Shown: one piece after another, positions 22,612 through 39,371 of the stretch
How positions within the stretch are numbered: the stretch's first letter is position 1
Layout: each line of letters starts with the position of its first letter
NCBI GenBank assembly: GCA_039096225.1
Contig: JBBPEB010000015.1
Coordinates: 744,001 to 808,000, forward strand
Length of the DNA: 64,000 nucleotides
Source: Blastocystis sp. Blastoise
Taxonomy: Eukaryota > Protista > Bigyra: Opalinata
Reading direction: 5' to 3'
Made by a program: the position numbers and the translations under genes
Notes under the pieces: generated by a model
The model's input: the letters and a program-made list of their open reading frames with translations, nothing else
Told to the model about the DNA's origin: nothing
Database searches by the model: none

Positions 22612-24157
22612 TCAATCCATAAACTATGCCATTTAGCATCTATATAAATAGTATATATTTTAAGAATAATAATTAAGATATGATGTAATATTAACTGTAA
22701 AATGAATATATATTAAAATGATATATATGTAAATATAGAAGATAAATAGATATAAAGATCATATATATGTATATATAGAAGATGAATATATATTAAAATG
22801 ATATATATGTATATATAGAAGATGAATAGATATAAAGATAATATATATGTATATATAGAAGATGAATAGATATAAAGATCATATATATGTATATAAATAC
22901 AGGAAGGTAAGATAAAGGCGAGGAAACATAAGAGACCATGAACAATAGATATAGTACATAATACTTTATAAGGAGTATATACACCCATTTTAATACTAGC
23001 AGCAGTAAATCCATAACCACATACAAAACAACCCAATATGACAAATATAAATTGCTATAATTGAATAATTTATAATAGAATAAATTTGTTTATTATATAA
23101 AATAGATTTATATATAATATTAAAATATATATATATATATATATCAAATAAAATAATTTTATAAAATATAATATATACAATAGCAGTAGAAGCTTTAGGA
23201 TGTTGATGCATCTGTAATAATGCAATAATAACACTTAAATAGCAAATAGTAGTAAACATTTGAATAACAAATTCACATTGATAAAAGAAAAGAAGCATAC
23301 AAAGTAACTATATAGATAGTATAATGAAATAATATATATATGTTATGTTACTTTAAAAGTTAAATATTAATAAATATAATAAGAATAGATTTATAATGTA
23401 AGACTTATCATTATAATATAATAATAATAATAATAAGCATACAATCTCAGCGATTGCAAAGACTTTGGGTCCCTCGTAGAAATAACTGTACCACCAATGA
23501 TTTGTAAAGAAACAATAATCTTCAAATAATATTCCCTTACGATAAGGCTATAGAAAATAGATATATAGTATATGGAGAAAACAAATAATGAATAAAAACA
23601 ACAAGTGATAATACTACAAAACTTTGTTTATGAAGAAATAGAATAACATACATGATTCTCATCTCTATAGAAATAAAATAAATATAGTTATAAAAAAAAA
23701 AACATACAATGCAAATAAAGGAGTAGGAAGAAGTCTTCCATGACTTGTAGAGAAATAATATTGCATACGTTGAGGAGGTTCATCACTTTCTAAACTCATT
23801 ATAATATCAGAGGCTTTCATAGTTTGTAAGAAAGAATCATCCCTACGAAATTATATAAACAAAAAAATATAAAAATAGTGAATATACTTATCTTCTTCTT
23901 GGGAGAGTCTATAGAAATGATAAATATGAGAATTGAATATAGTGATAAAGAGAATAACATAATATACTGATTATTCATATCAGGTATGATGATGTCACTT
24001 GGTGTAATGCCAAGAGCTATTTCTTCCTTACTTAATCCATTTGGAGATTCGACATCTGTTCCATTGGCTGTTTCCCTAATAAATTAATTTATTCTTAAAA
24101 AACAACATACTTTGCAACTTGAACTTTAGAGTATTTTGGTGTGCTTCTAGATTTCAT
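22612..24157 (-). CDS. Hypothetical multipass membrane protein (9 exons, including a 13-nt microexon at 23652-23664)
   Basis: GT-AG splicing yields a continuous frame: hydrophilic N-terminus, then ~4 hydrophobic helices, ending LPSYAKWHSFMD*. No family recognised. Confidence 0.6.
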
Positions 24158-25015
24158 CAGTGTTATAGCAATGAAATATATGAGACATACAATAATCCTA
24201 ACATGATCCTAATTATAAAAAGTTAAACTAATAATGATTTATAAAAGTGTCCAGAAATTCTTGAGAAAACGTGGTTAAGGAAAAAATTTTATCCATAAAA
24301 AATCCGTTAAATGATTATGGGGATTTAACCATAATTTTTATCCCTTTTTTTCCTTTTATTCATTTCTAAAGGCAACTACATAGATATTTGATGAGTATTA
24401 TGAGAAGATATAACTTATATGATGCTAACTGGATTGTATTTAGTGGAATATCGTTGATGATTCCATCCATTTAGTTTCATGATTGTATATAACATTCATT
24501 TTAATTTTTAGAATAGCATAATTGATTCTGACTATATTGGAGAATCAATAAATGTTGAATATAATTTCATAAGAGAGAGATTATTTCCCAATTTATTATT
24601 TTTTGTATCATTTTAAATACTTTTGATATCGCAATAGTTTTTTCATATTATGAACTGATGGAAATAAGAATACAAAAAAGAGTGTGTAAAAACTACAGCA
24701 GAATTACAGATAGAAGGAGAGAGTATATAGTTTATTGAAGTGATATAAGAAAAAAAGAAAATAATTTGAATGTTTGCAATTATAAAAACAAATAAGAAAT
24801 TGATAAATGCTATTTGTGATAGAAAAGAAAGAAAGAGATATACATGAAATTTAACAAAAAAAATGTTTTAAGAAATAATAGAAAAAGTATGAAAAATGAA
24901 GAATAAAAACAAGGCACGATCCTATTCTCTTTCTATTATGATACAAATAAGAAGAATATAATATCATTTATAAATAATTTACAATATAGATTTAAAGTAT
25001 ATTTAAATAGATGAG

Positions 25016-27796
25016 TTATGAATGTATAGTATTTTGATTTTCAGTAAGAGTATATTGATAATAGTAGATAATATCTCTTAAAACAGGAAAAGAAGGTCTA
25101 TTCACGGGAATATCGAAACATTGAACGATAAAATCCATAAGATGAGGATCAATATTTTCTGGAATTACACAAGGTAATAGAATATAAGTATCCTATAATA
25201 ATATTGTATTATTAATAATAATATTATTATATATACGAAATATATATATAAATATCTAAAATATCTAAAATATATATATATATATATATACTCCATAATA
25301 AGGTTGTTCTGTATACATAATATCTTGTTCAGGAGCTTGCCAGAATAATTGACATACAAAAACTCCAAATGCATATATATCCATTGCAGGAGTATAAAGA
25401 GAAGGAGATGTATAGATCTCAGGTGCATAACTATAGGTAGAAAAACATGAATATAATAGTAATATATATATATAATATATTATAATAATTATATGTCTTG
25501 ATGTAATATAATAGAGAATAATAATAATATTCTATATATATATATATATAATATTATATATATATACTACATAGATTCACTATCATATCGTTTTCCTCCA
25601 ATATTATTTACTTTAACTGTCCAGTTATCATTTATATATACACTATAGACCTATTAAAACAGTAAATATACAATTATAAATATATAATAAATAAATAAGT
25701 AATATATATACTGAAAAATTTCCATGAGAAATGGGAGGATTATAAGTATGTAAATAGCTGAATAAATCTGAAATATCTTTTATTATTTTATATTTCACAG
25801 TATCTGTCAATGAATTACTATATAATAAATATATAGAAGGAGACTCAATTATAAAGAAATATATATATATATATATAGAAAAATCTATAGATAATTAAAA
25901 ATGCATATATAATAAAAAAAGTGTATATATATACAATAATTCCTCTACTTCAAAGAAATCAGTTAGTTTATATGTAAGTCTCTCTAATACTATACCTATC
26001 ATTCCTTTAGATTGTTTTATACGAACACAACCATAATACTTTACCATATTGGGATGATTCAACTTTGTATGTATATATAATATATCTATTAATTCTTGAA
26101 GTCTTTCCTTCTTATATATAGGGTCTTGTATATCAAAAGGATTAAATATATATAAATGAATAGGAATTGAATTGTATGTTCTATATAAACTCATAGTAAT
26201 AATAATAATAATAATTATTATTATTATAATGAATAAAAAACATATATATATTATAATATATAATAGAATATCAAATAATAAAACACAGCGAATTATATAT
26301 ATATACGCATTATAGAGATCTAAATCAAAATCTCTTTGTACGAATCCCTCAATAGACACACAATGAGGGTCTAAATCTAATGATTCTAGAATAATATATA
26401 AATATATATATATATACGATTATGCAATAGATATATATAATTCATATAAAATGAAAATAATAATAATAATATTAATAATACTTATATAATAATATTTATA
26501 TAATGATAATAATAATAACCTATGCATATATATATATACTAAGAATAGTTTCATAATGTTTGTTTAATTTAAATCCAGGTATATATCCATTTATATATGT
26601 TTTTATTTGATCTTTATCTTTTGTTTGAATAGTACTATTATTTAAAAGTGATAAATCTACAGTATATTTAGGTTGAATATGAGGTATTTGTGAAATGAAT
26701 CCAGGATCTTTCGTTGTAGTTCGAGATAATTGTTGAAGAAGATCTGTTGATTGAGGCATCTTCTTTATTGATGATTGTGTTTCTGTTGTTAACGGATTTA
26801 TAGGTGCGTCATCACGATATGTAGATAAATGTTCTCTTGGGAATACATTAGAAAGAATAGGATTTGAAGCAGGAGCAGGAGAAGGAGGAGGATAAGATAT
26901 TGATTCTTGAGAAATATTTGGAGATGTAGATACAGGTAAAGAAGGAATAGTTGAAGTATCCCTATATATATATATATATATATATCATTCAATAAATAGA
27001 GAATAATAAATAGTATTGTTGAATTAGTATTATATACATATATATATACGCATTAAAGAAAACAGGACATTTTAATGAGAATTTCAATGATAAATGATCA
27101 CAAAGTGAATTTAATGTACTTGTCTAGAGAAGAAAAATATAATTAAATAAATAAATTAATTAATTAATTAAAATAATAATAATAATAATTATATAAATAA
27201 TTAAATAATAAATAAATAAATAAATAAATAATAAAAATTAAATAAATAAAATAAAAATACTTCATTCCATGAATGAATTTCTGCATTATCAATTTCATTG
27301 TCTTTCAGTATATAGTCACATTTACTATTCAATGTATATTCTATATTAAAAAATATAAATAAATAATAAAATACTTTAGAACTTATATGAAAACATTCAT
27401 GTAAAAATCAAAAATAAAAAAAAAGAAATACATATAAATATACTCGTATTATCAACAACAATATAGACACGAGGAGCTGCTACTGGAAAGTAACGATCCA
27501 ATTGAATATATATTGTTACCTCAAAAACATAGGAGGAGAGTTTCAATGACAATAATCCAAACAACTGTAATGAATAAGCACGTGCTTTATCAAAAACTAA
27601 ATGAGAATATATAAATGCATATGAATAAATAAATAAAATATAAAATAATACTTTTAAGCACCTTCTTGATTTGAAACACATTACATTTCATCAAATTTTC
27701 AAATTGATTTTTGACAGCAGCAATATTTTGAAAAGGAAAAGCAAGGATTGCTTCAATTCCTTCCAAATACAATGGGTTTGAATAATAGTTTTGCAT
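25016..27796 (-). CDS. UEV (TSG101/Vps23-like) domain + Pro-rich linker + TKL-like pseudokinase
   Basis: UEV: LQLFGLLSL..VTIYIQLDRYFPVAAPRVYI..IHSWNE.STLNSL...FSLKCPVF. Kinase fold: LNHPNMVKYYG, YLHTYNPPISHGNF, YAPE, MDIYAFGV, NRPSF. Confidence 0.75.
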
Positions 27797-28069
27797 ATAA
27801 GAATGAAGAACGAATTGAATAGCGATCTATTTCTGAATAAAGCCTTTTAATAACTGTTCGTACATAAAACACTAAAAACTTTTATTTACATCAAAACTTT
27901 TCTATTGCCAAAAAAATGAAATAATCATGAATGAAGCGCATAGTTTCTCGGTAGATGTATCTTATCATCTTTTCATTTTATTATTCATTTATCTTTTCTA
28001 CTCTTACTTTACTTCATTTATATATTTGATATTTAATTGCCTAAATAGAACAACATTTTATGGATAAGG

Positions 28070-30291
28070 ATGAGTAAAGAACGATTACTACAACGTGACA
28101 TTGAAATGAATCCTTTGCATAAAATCACTGATGATGTACTCTTGAAAGTTTTATCATACCTAGATATATCCTTTATTACTTGACTTTCTTCATTATTATT
28201 TGTGTTCATTAATTGTTTTTCTATTTTTTTCTTTAATCTCATAAGCGATATCATTAGATAATTATGGAAAAGCTATTGAATCAAAGTCTTATATCGCAGA
28301 AAACAATCATTTATGGAGAAATCTTATTTTACAAGATTTCTTTCCAAGTATCTTGTTTAATGATATCTAATAGATATATAATTCTATATCATAATTCTTA
28401 GGTATGAGAATGTTAAAGATTGTAGATGATCTTCAACAACCCATGAAAGAATCATATAAAAACTTGTATGTTTTCTAAATGACTATTTGTTTTTCTTATT
28501 CTTATTTCTATGATTTGTTTTAGAATCAGTCAGAGACGGTTATTCACTTATTATTTCCGTGAGGTCAATCGGAATGCAGAATATAATTGTATATAATTGA
28601 TACTATTATATAAATAAAGTATTTTATCAAGATGCCTTACAAAAGAAACGAGAAACATTTCGTGTTTTTCTGTTATTTATAAATACATTATTTCTATGGT
28701 TTTGTGTCCCGGCGCTCCTTTTTATTCAGAATATATGCTTTATTTTCTATTGTTTTGGAATTGTATGAATATAATAAATATATTGTACATTATAAGATTC
28801 TTTATCATTATATATAAAAGTATTATTATGTAATATGATATAGTATATAATATGATACTATTTTAAATAAATATTATATATATATATCATATTCTATAAT
28901 GTTATGTATAGATCCACTATTCTAGTTTATGTTTCATTCCATTATATTTAATGATATTACTTATACTTGGTGTTTTTATACTTAATACGGTTGTATTTGT
29001 CAATAGATATTGTAAAGATAATGAATCTATATTGTATATATATATATATATATATATTTATTATTTATATCCTATCTATATATTATATTGTTGAATAATA
29101 TATATATTATTATTATAGAGTTGATATTCACTATATATATATATTTATATATATAGATTTGGTCAATGGGACCATATAGGGTATACAATTGTGCGATTAG
29201 TATATGCAGATATATACCGATATCATTCTTCATCATTCATTCATATGTTTATATGTCTTCTCTCTATTATCTCAGTTGTAGTTCTTCTTACTCTTAAATT
29301 TGATAATTGTATATATATATATTGTATATCAATATTTATTTTATACTTTTGTAATTAAATATATATATAATTATAATTCTATATTTTAGCTACATCAGTC
29401 CCGTGGTTATCTATATTTATTATTATATGGGTAGTCCCTGTCTATTTACTTCTTTCACTCCCTGTCAAACAATGGGATGAAGGGTATATATATATTTATA
29501 TTAATTTAAATATATTCTAATTCTTATCATATTTACAAAACATATATATCTTTTTTTTATTATTAGATTTATTCTCCCTTAATTCTTATTGTATAATCAT
29601 TCATGAATTATTTGTTTATATATTATAATTACTTATATATATAGTACACGACTTATATATCGATTACTTATCTATGGTTTTGGAGGATCTCTATATATAC
29701 TCTCTATTCTCCTCTATATATCATTAGATATATACTCACTGCCTGTATCCATTATCTTCATTCCTATTTTTATTCTTGACTGTATATATATTGATATATA
29801 CATTTCTTTTGTTAATTTTTATATTTTCTACTTTTCTTTATATTCTTGTTCTTATATATATATATATATATATATATAGTGGCTTTAACAATATTTGTTG
29901 GATTTCCATCCATTGTAGAATTTATTAAACAAGTTATTTATAAGAATATCAAAGAAATCCAAGATACATTAGGTTTATTATGTTTTTACTTATTTGGTGT
30001 TCTCCCAGGAATTATTTCTCAAGTGTTATTATGCTATCAATCAATTCCATCTGGTTATTCATTTATTATTCTATTTGTTTTTTATGTATTTATATAAAAT
30101 ATTATATATAACATATTATATATAACATATTATATATAAAACACTATATATAACATATTATATATAAAATATTATATATATATAATATATCAATTATTGC
30201 TATTCTTTTTTAGGGTTATTTAGCCACTCAGTGTATACGTACTTCAATTCATTCTTATATTCTCCATCAATATTCCTTTTCTTTCTTATAA
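28070..30291 (+). CDS. F-box domain + multipass membrane (TMEM185/FAM11-like) protein
   Basis: F-box LHKITDDVLLKVLSYLD...IAENNHLWRNLILQDF. TM hairpin motifs LKFDNSTSVPWLSIFIIIW and ISLDIYSLPVSIIFIPIFILD. Intron 1 is U12-type AT-AA. Confidence 0.65.
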
Positions 30292-30623
30292 ATACTTATG
30301 GTTTTATTTATAGAATACATTTATTGCTTGTGATTAAATATAACTATATTTCTAATATAGTATAAACACTCGAATATTGTTTTTAAAGTTTAATAATAAA
30401 CAAAACAAAAGATAGTGATTAAGAAAAAACAATTAAAACGATAGAATTATTGTAAATATTTCTATCAAACATATTATTTTTAAGAATGTATGTATATACA
30501 AAATAAAAGATTATGTAAATTAAAATTTATAAACTTTTCAATTTAATATATAAAAAAGAATGAAAAAACAAATAATCAAAACCATATTATTATTATTTAC
30601 TATAATATTAATATTTGATTAAA

Positions 30624-33600
30624 TTAAACTTTAACAACTTTATTATTAGTAGTATCCGTTTGTTTCTTACCATTAGTCTTACCTTTAGCTCCTTTCTTAT
30701 CAAGATTTGTATGTCCCTTATTCTTACGAGACTTGGTTCTATTAATAATACATAATACAACGATAGCAATAATAATAAAGGCTAAAATAGCTATAATAAC
30801 CCAAGCATAAACAGGAAGACCAGGTTTTTCAATAGCAGCAATAAAGATCTCAGTACTTATAGATCCTGCACTATTTTCACAGGTTACTGTATAAGATACA
30901 GAATTCATAACAGTTCTTACTTTACCATAGATTCTACCTGTATTTGCTTCAATAGAAACACCATCAGGAAGAGAAGGAGAAGTAGAACAAACAAAATTAG
31001 CAGCACTTACTTGACAATCATAGGAGAATGAATCACCTTTATATACATTCATCATCTTTGTAGAATATCGAATACGTTGAGGTTTCATTAAATTACATTT
31101 AGGATCTTCAGGACCTCTTACACCATTAGTACATAATGCTTGTATTCTACCTTCATAATAACTAGGACAATTCTTATAAGCATAATCACCTTCTAAAGCA
31201 CCACCCCAACCATTAGTTCCATCAGGATTACAAGCACCAGTAATTCTCTTAGCATATAATCCTAATTCAGCTAATTGAAGACCTTGACCAGCAGCACCAA
31301 TATCACAGCCAACACCTTCAGAAGAAGAAGCAGTAGAAATAGCTTCATTATTACAACCATTTACTTTCATTCTATAAGAATTATAGACTTTATTATTAAA
31401 GAAATTAACAGTATAAGATTCCTTATAAGTACTAAATTTCTTATTTGTAATAACATTTAATGTAGACCAATTAACTTCATCATTAGAACCTTGGAATTCC
31501 CAATCTGAAGGATGTCTTGTATTACATTTAGGACCAGTAACTACAGTATAGGATGAAATATATTCTCTTCTATTATTATTATAAGTCCAAGCAAGAGTAC
31601 CACCAACACATCTACCTGTAGTTGATACATATACAGAACCTAATATATTATCAAATGCTTTAGAAACACCATTAATAGCACCATCAGTATTATCAGATTC
31701 AACATCAGAAGAAGCAATACCATCAATAACACGATAACTACCTTCTATAGCTACTAATAAACTACCATCAAAATCAATTGTAGTTGTAGTAGGTTTTTCA
31801 CTTCTATGAAGTTCTATAGCTATTACATTATGACCATTAATGATATTACCAAAGGAAATGGACATAGCAGAACCAACATTTAAAACTTCACTCTTTTCAC
31901 TTAAAGCATAAGTATTATAAGAAACAGTACCTTCAGGCATATTATATCTATATTGTTCTTCACCATTAACATAAACAATAACACCATATCTAGTTTTTAT
32001 ATTAAAGGAAGCAGAAGCATAAGTTTCAAGAGAATCTATATCAAAAGTCTTTCTAAAATATTGAGTAGTACCTATAGCAGCTTCAAAAGCAGAAGATAAA
32101 GCTTGTTTCCATGTATTATCAGCGAAACTAGCAGTATTCCAACCAGAAGTAGCAGCAGATCCACTATTAAGATATTTCCATTCGGTAGTAACAGGAGGAA
32201 TAACATAACCAACAGCAATAGGGAAGGTCTTTTCAGATTCACTAGTACCAAGAGAACCACGAATAACTTCAGTATTATCTTGTAAGAGAATCTTAAAGTA
32301 GCCAGCATCCCAACCATTCTTACCACTATCAGTAACCTTTAATGAATAAGCATCAGCATCTTCACAGAAAGGGAAATAACTATCTTGATTATTAGTAAAA
32401 CCAGTTTTCGTCATTAATTGAACACCATTCTTATTATATAAAGTAAATCCTTGTTCATTACCAGCAGCACCTGAATGAATTAAAACAGTAAAAAGAATCT
32501 TAGGAGCTTGACATAAAGAAACAGAAAGATTGATAATAACTGAAGATTCCATTCCTTGAGGATTAGAAGCAAGAATAGCAAAAGCAGTAGAAGCCATAGG
32601 AGTATTAGGAGTACCACGAATAGAACCAGTAGAAGTATCTAATTCAAGAGGAAGAGTAAGAGCAGGACGAATACGGAAATTACCCCAAAGAGGAGAAGAA
32701 GGAGTTACTTCAGGGAATGGAACACCTACATAACCAGAGAAAGTAGTAGAAGAGAAAGAAAGAGCAGGAACTTGAATAGCTTTCATATTAACGGAAGTAG
32801 CAGATAATTCAGCAATTGTGAAAGAATAAGGAGAAGCAGAAGGAACAGCAGGTTCAGTAAATAAAAATTTATATTTATTCCAAGAATCAAAATTTTCAGG
32901 TAAGAAGAAACATCTTTCTACTTTTCTATCAGAGAAATAAGCATTAGTAACATTACCTAATAATGTCCAAGTAACACCTACATCATTACTACCATAAACA
33001 GCCCAATCAGAAGGATCATAAGCATAAACTTGAGAAGAAGAAGTAACACAATATTTATTAATAAATTCAGCTCTACCTTCACCAAAAGTGAAAGTAATAG
33101 AAGCAGGAGCAAGTGGAGAAGGACTAACAGACCAATAAGTATCAATATCTAAATCCATAAGTTTATCAAGATTTTGACCAGAAGGTTCATTAGTTAAAGT
33201 TAAATCCCATGTTCTACCAAATATAGATTCTGTATTTAGTTGAAGAGAAGCATCAAATAATAATGTAGTAGGATTATTACCTTGTAAATTAACTATACCA
33301 ATAGCTATAATATTAGATCCTTCTTGAAGAGTAGATGTAGCAAATGTTATACTTTTAAATGAAGAAACTGAATCACCACCACTAGCAGAACTAGTAGAAG
33401 TGATTTCTCCATTAATATTTTTAGAAAAGATCATATAATCATTAATAAAGATTTGATAACCAGCTCTAGCTTTAACACGAAGTTCAGCACCAGCATAAGA
33501 ATTAAGATTCGAAACAGTAAACGTATGTCTAAATAACCATATATGAGAAGAAGCAGTAGGAGGAGTAGTAATAGGGAAAGCATTAAATCCAGCAGGAGTA

Positions 33601-35782
33601 GCAAATTGACTATACCATTGAGCAGGTACTGTTCCTTGAATATAGGTCCAACCACTAGATTCAATAGGAATAATAAAATTAATATTAACAGGGAAATCTT
33701 TATTAACAGTATCTGATTCAAAATAAGAACCAATAGGATAATAATTATTTGTAGAATCTAATAATTCTAAATATAAACGAGATCCTGTACTCCACCCATC
33801 ACCAAAAGAATCTCTAACATGAACAGTATAGATACCAACAGCAACACATAAAACAAATGTTTGGTCAACACTATTAGTTAAAGTAGGACTACTAAATATA
33901 GTAGTACCCGAAGTATTTGTCATTGTCCAAGATTCTTCAGAAGCATAATTCTTATTAACTTTTCTAAAACGTATTTGTTGACTATCTGGATATCCACATT
34001 TAATTATATTTAAAGTGAGAGTAGTTGTAGAAGGTTGAAGAGTATTGAAATTAGTAGCAGTTATTGTGAATGTTTGAGAGACAGGAACAGGAGATACACC
34101 AGTAATAAATCCATTAATAGCATTAAGAGAAAGACCAGTAGGAAGAGCAGGAGTAATAGTATATTGATTATATCCATTAACAGCAGGGCCTGAAGAAATA
34201 GAATCAATAATAGCATAGGCAGTGATAGTACTTGGTTCATAATGTAAACCAGGAGATAAAGCAGCATAATTACAAGTATAGATTTCAAAACGACCAATAG
34301 CTAATTTTCCAGACATACTACTATCTAAAACTTGTAATTTAAACATCTTATATGACTTTTCATTACTTCGAAGAGATATTTGTTTCTTTTCTAAAACAGT
34401 GGAGAATACAATATTATCTTGAATATCTAATAAATCCCATGTATTTCCATCAAGAGAAGCGAAAAGTTTCCAACTTTTAGGATGACCATAAAGAATAGTA
34501 TTAGCAGCAAAAATAGCATAAGAATTAACCCAAAAAGCTTTTCCATTATTAAAAGTATAAGTAAAAGTAACAGCACTTGAAGTTAGAGTATAATAATAAG
34601 AAGCACTACTTCCATCGAAAAGAACAGAAGCCCCAGAATTTGAGATACCCGGAGCAATATCACTAGCAGCAACACCATCAGTAAATTGACTAGCTGAACA
34701 AGAATTCACAGTAGTAGGTCCTTGAAAGAGACCACCTAAATCAAAATAATCAGGATCTGTAATATGTCCAGTATATTGATGAACTTCTATAGCTATTGTA
34801 AATGTATCTATATTAGGTAATAAATGTTTATTAAATGAGAAAAGTTTCATAGCATTTGTGATTTCATCAGCCGTTGAAGTAGCTGTAGTAGTACTTGTTA
34901 AAGTTCCAGCAGGTAATTTATGTCTATAAACTTCTATTCCTTGAATATAAACAGCAACACCTTGTGTTGTAAAAAGACTTAAAAGAGGAATAGTAAATTC
35001 ACTTGTATTAAGCATAATGAAAGTAGAACGATAATAACGTGTAGTAGTAGTATAAACAGGGAAAGATCCACCATTAAAAAAAGACCATGCTGAATCTGAA
35101 TAATTATGTTCTGTCCAACCAGTACCTGATTGACTTACATCTGTATATTTCCAAGCAACACCAAAAATTAGATCAAGACGAGCTAGAGATGATATAATAT
35201 TATTTGTTTATTATTATTATTATTATTATTATGAAACGAAGAAAAATTATAAAATAAAGAGAATAAAAAAAAATAATCATATTTATTCTATATTTGAAAA
35301 AAAAAATGCAAAAAAAAAAAAAAGAGAAAAAGCGATTTATAAAAAATACGAGTAAAAGTTTTGACATCTGTCGTATATGAGGTTCCAGATTGATTAGGCA
35401 TAGTAGTTCTAAACATTTCAAGACCTTTAATTTGGAAAGAAACATATGGGTTTGTAGTTGCACTACCCCAACCATCACCGTACTTATCTTTCATAACAAC
35501 AGTATGAAGTGTGAGTGTTGTACATACAGTCCAATACTTATCAGTATTTTGATCAGCTGATACTCCAGTGACGGATAATAAACTTGTACCAGTCGTAGCA
35601 TCGCCTCTAAATAATTCAAAAGATTCTTCAGATGAGTAAGAAGTGTAGTGTTTCATGACAGTTAGTGAAACTTCATCAGGCTCACATGCAAAACCTAAAT
35701 AAAAATATATATGTATATATCATTTATACGATATAGATATACATGTAATGAGAAGAGCTAAGAATAAAGTAATAAATTTCAT
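30624..35782 (-). CDS. Large type-I cell-surface protein with three tandem modules (jelly-roll + F5/8C discoidin-like + putative Ig/He_PIG), TM helix and Lys-rich tail
   Basis: Signal peptide MKFITLFLALLITCFA. Three DxxGDGW-type motifs; discoidin-like PKSWKLFASLDGNTW, PSDWAVYGSND, PSDWEFQGSND; He_PIG-like LPTGLSLNAINGFITG, LELDTSTGSIRGTP, LPDGVSIEANTGRIYG. TM WVIIAILAFIIIAIVVLCII. Two GT-AG introns. Confidence 0.85.
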
Positions 35783-36910
35783 AGTTTGTTGTTAAAACAA
35801 AGGAATAAAATTTATCTATTTTAAACAAACTATTTTTTTTACCTTAGAGAATGATTGAGTGGCATTTTGGAGTTGCATCATTTATTTCCATAGGAATAAG
35901 AGAGTTATGAGTAATGACCAATGATGCAAATAAAACACGATAAATGAATGGCTTTGAAAACTCATTCCTCAATAATTGACTGAGACCGAGTAAAGGCCAC
36001 TTTACCCAATAAATTATCGTTGTTGTGTTCCATCTTAAAAAAAGAGAAAAGTGACTCCATTGATGTCATAAATAAAGTGATAAGAAAAGCCAATAGATTG
36101 TGTAATTAATGGAATACAGATTCTTAATAGGGAATCATGACGACGATTAGAAATAAAACAAAAAGCCAATTAGAAATTGTAATCTTCATCTTTATGCGAT
36201 GTGTCATCTATGAAGTTCTCTACGAAAAAGAAAACGACTGTTTTTGTGGTCTATTTATCGGATTCTTCCCCATGAATAGATTCTATTTTATTCTCATGAA
36301 TGAACAAAAACCAGAATTACTGATTCTCATGTAATATTTTAAAATCCTATGATATCTTCTATATGTATTTTATAAATTTCTTTATTATAAGATATTGTTA
36401 GTAATAAACTTGACGATTGTGAATTCTATTGATCATTTGCTAAAGAAGATTAGCTGTTTCTACGTTTATTATCCATTTTGAATTTTATATTCTTCTTGTA
36501 TTATGATTTAATTACTTTATTTGAAATAAATATTAATAAAAAAATAAGCGATTTAATATTATATTAATTTGTAAATGAATGAGAGATTACTAGCAATTGT
36601 TCAATTTAATAAAAAGACACAGTTTTCGTAATGAGAAGCATGTTTAGGTATTGATGTATAATTGAGAATGATGTATATATATTGTGAGTTCTAATTCATT
36701 CATAAGAAAATCATAAAAGAATAGTTTAGTTAACTTAACATAATAGAAAAATGGTGTTGATGATTCTATGAAAAATAGTTCATATTCTGGCACAAAATAT
36801 ATATAAAAAAATAAGATACAGTTTCCAAAGTGAAGAAAAAGAGTGTCAAAATATTTTTTATTTTTTTTTAGAATAAGTCGATTAAAAATCTTTAATAAAA
36901 TTAATTTAAC

Positions 36911-39371
<2,461 letters not shown>

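Noticed and set aside
22560-22639. Longer alternative last-exon frame (MLNGIVLWIELL...KRQ*) for the membrane protein
   Set aside because: The donor is phase 1 and canonical AG splicing gives YAKWHSFMD*; the longer frame has no compatible splice sites.
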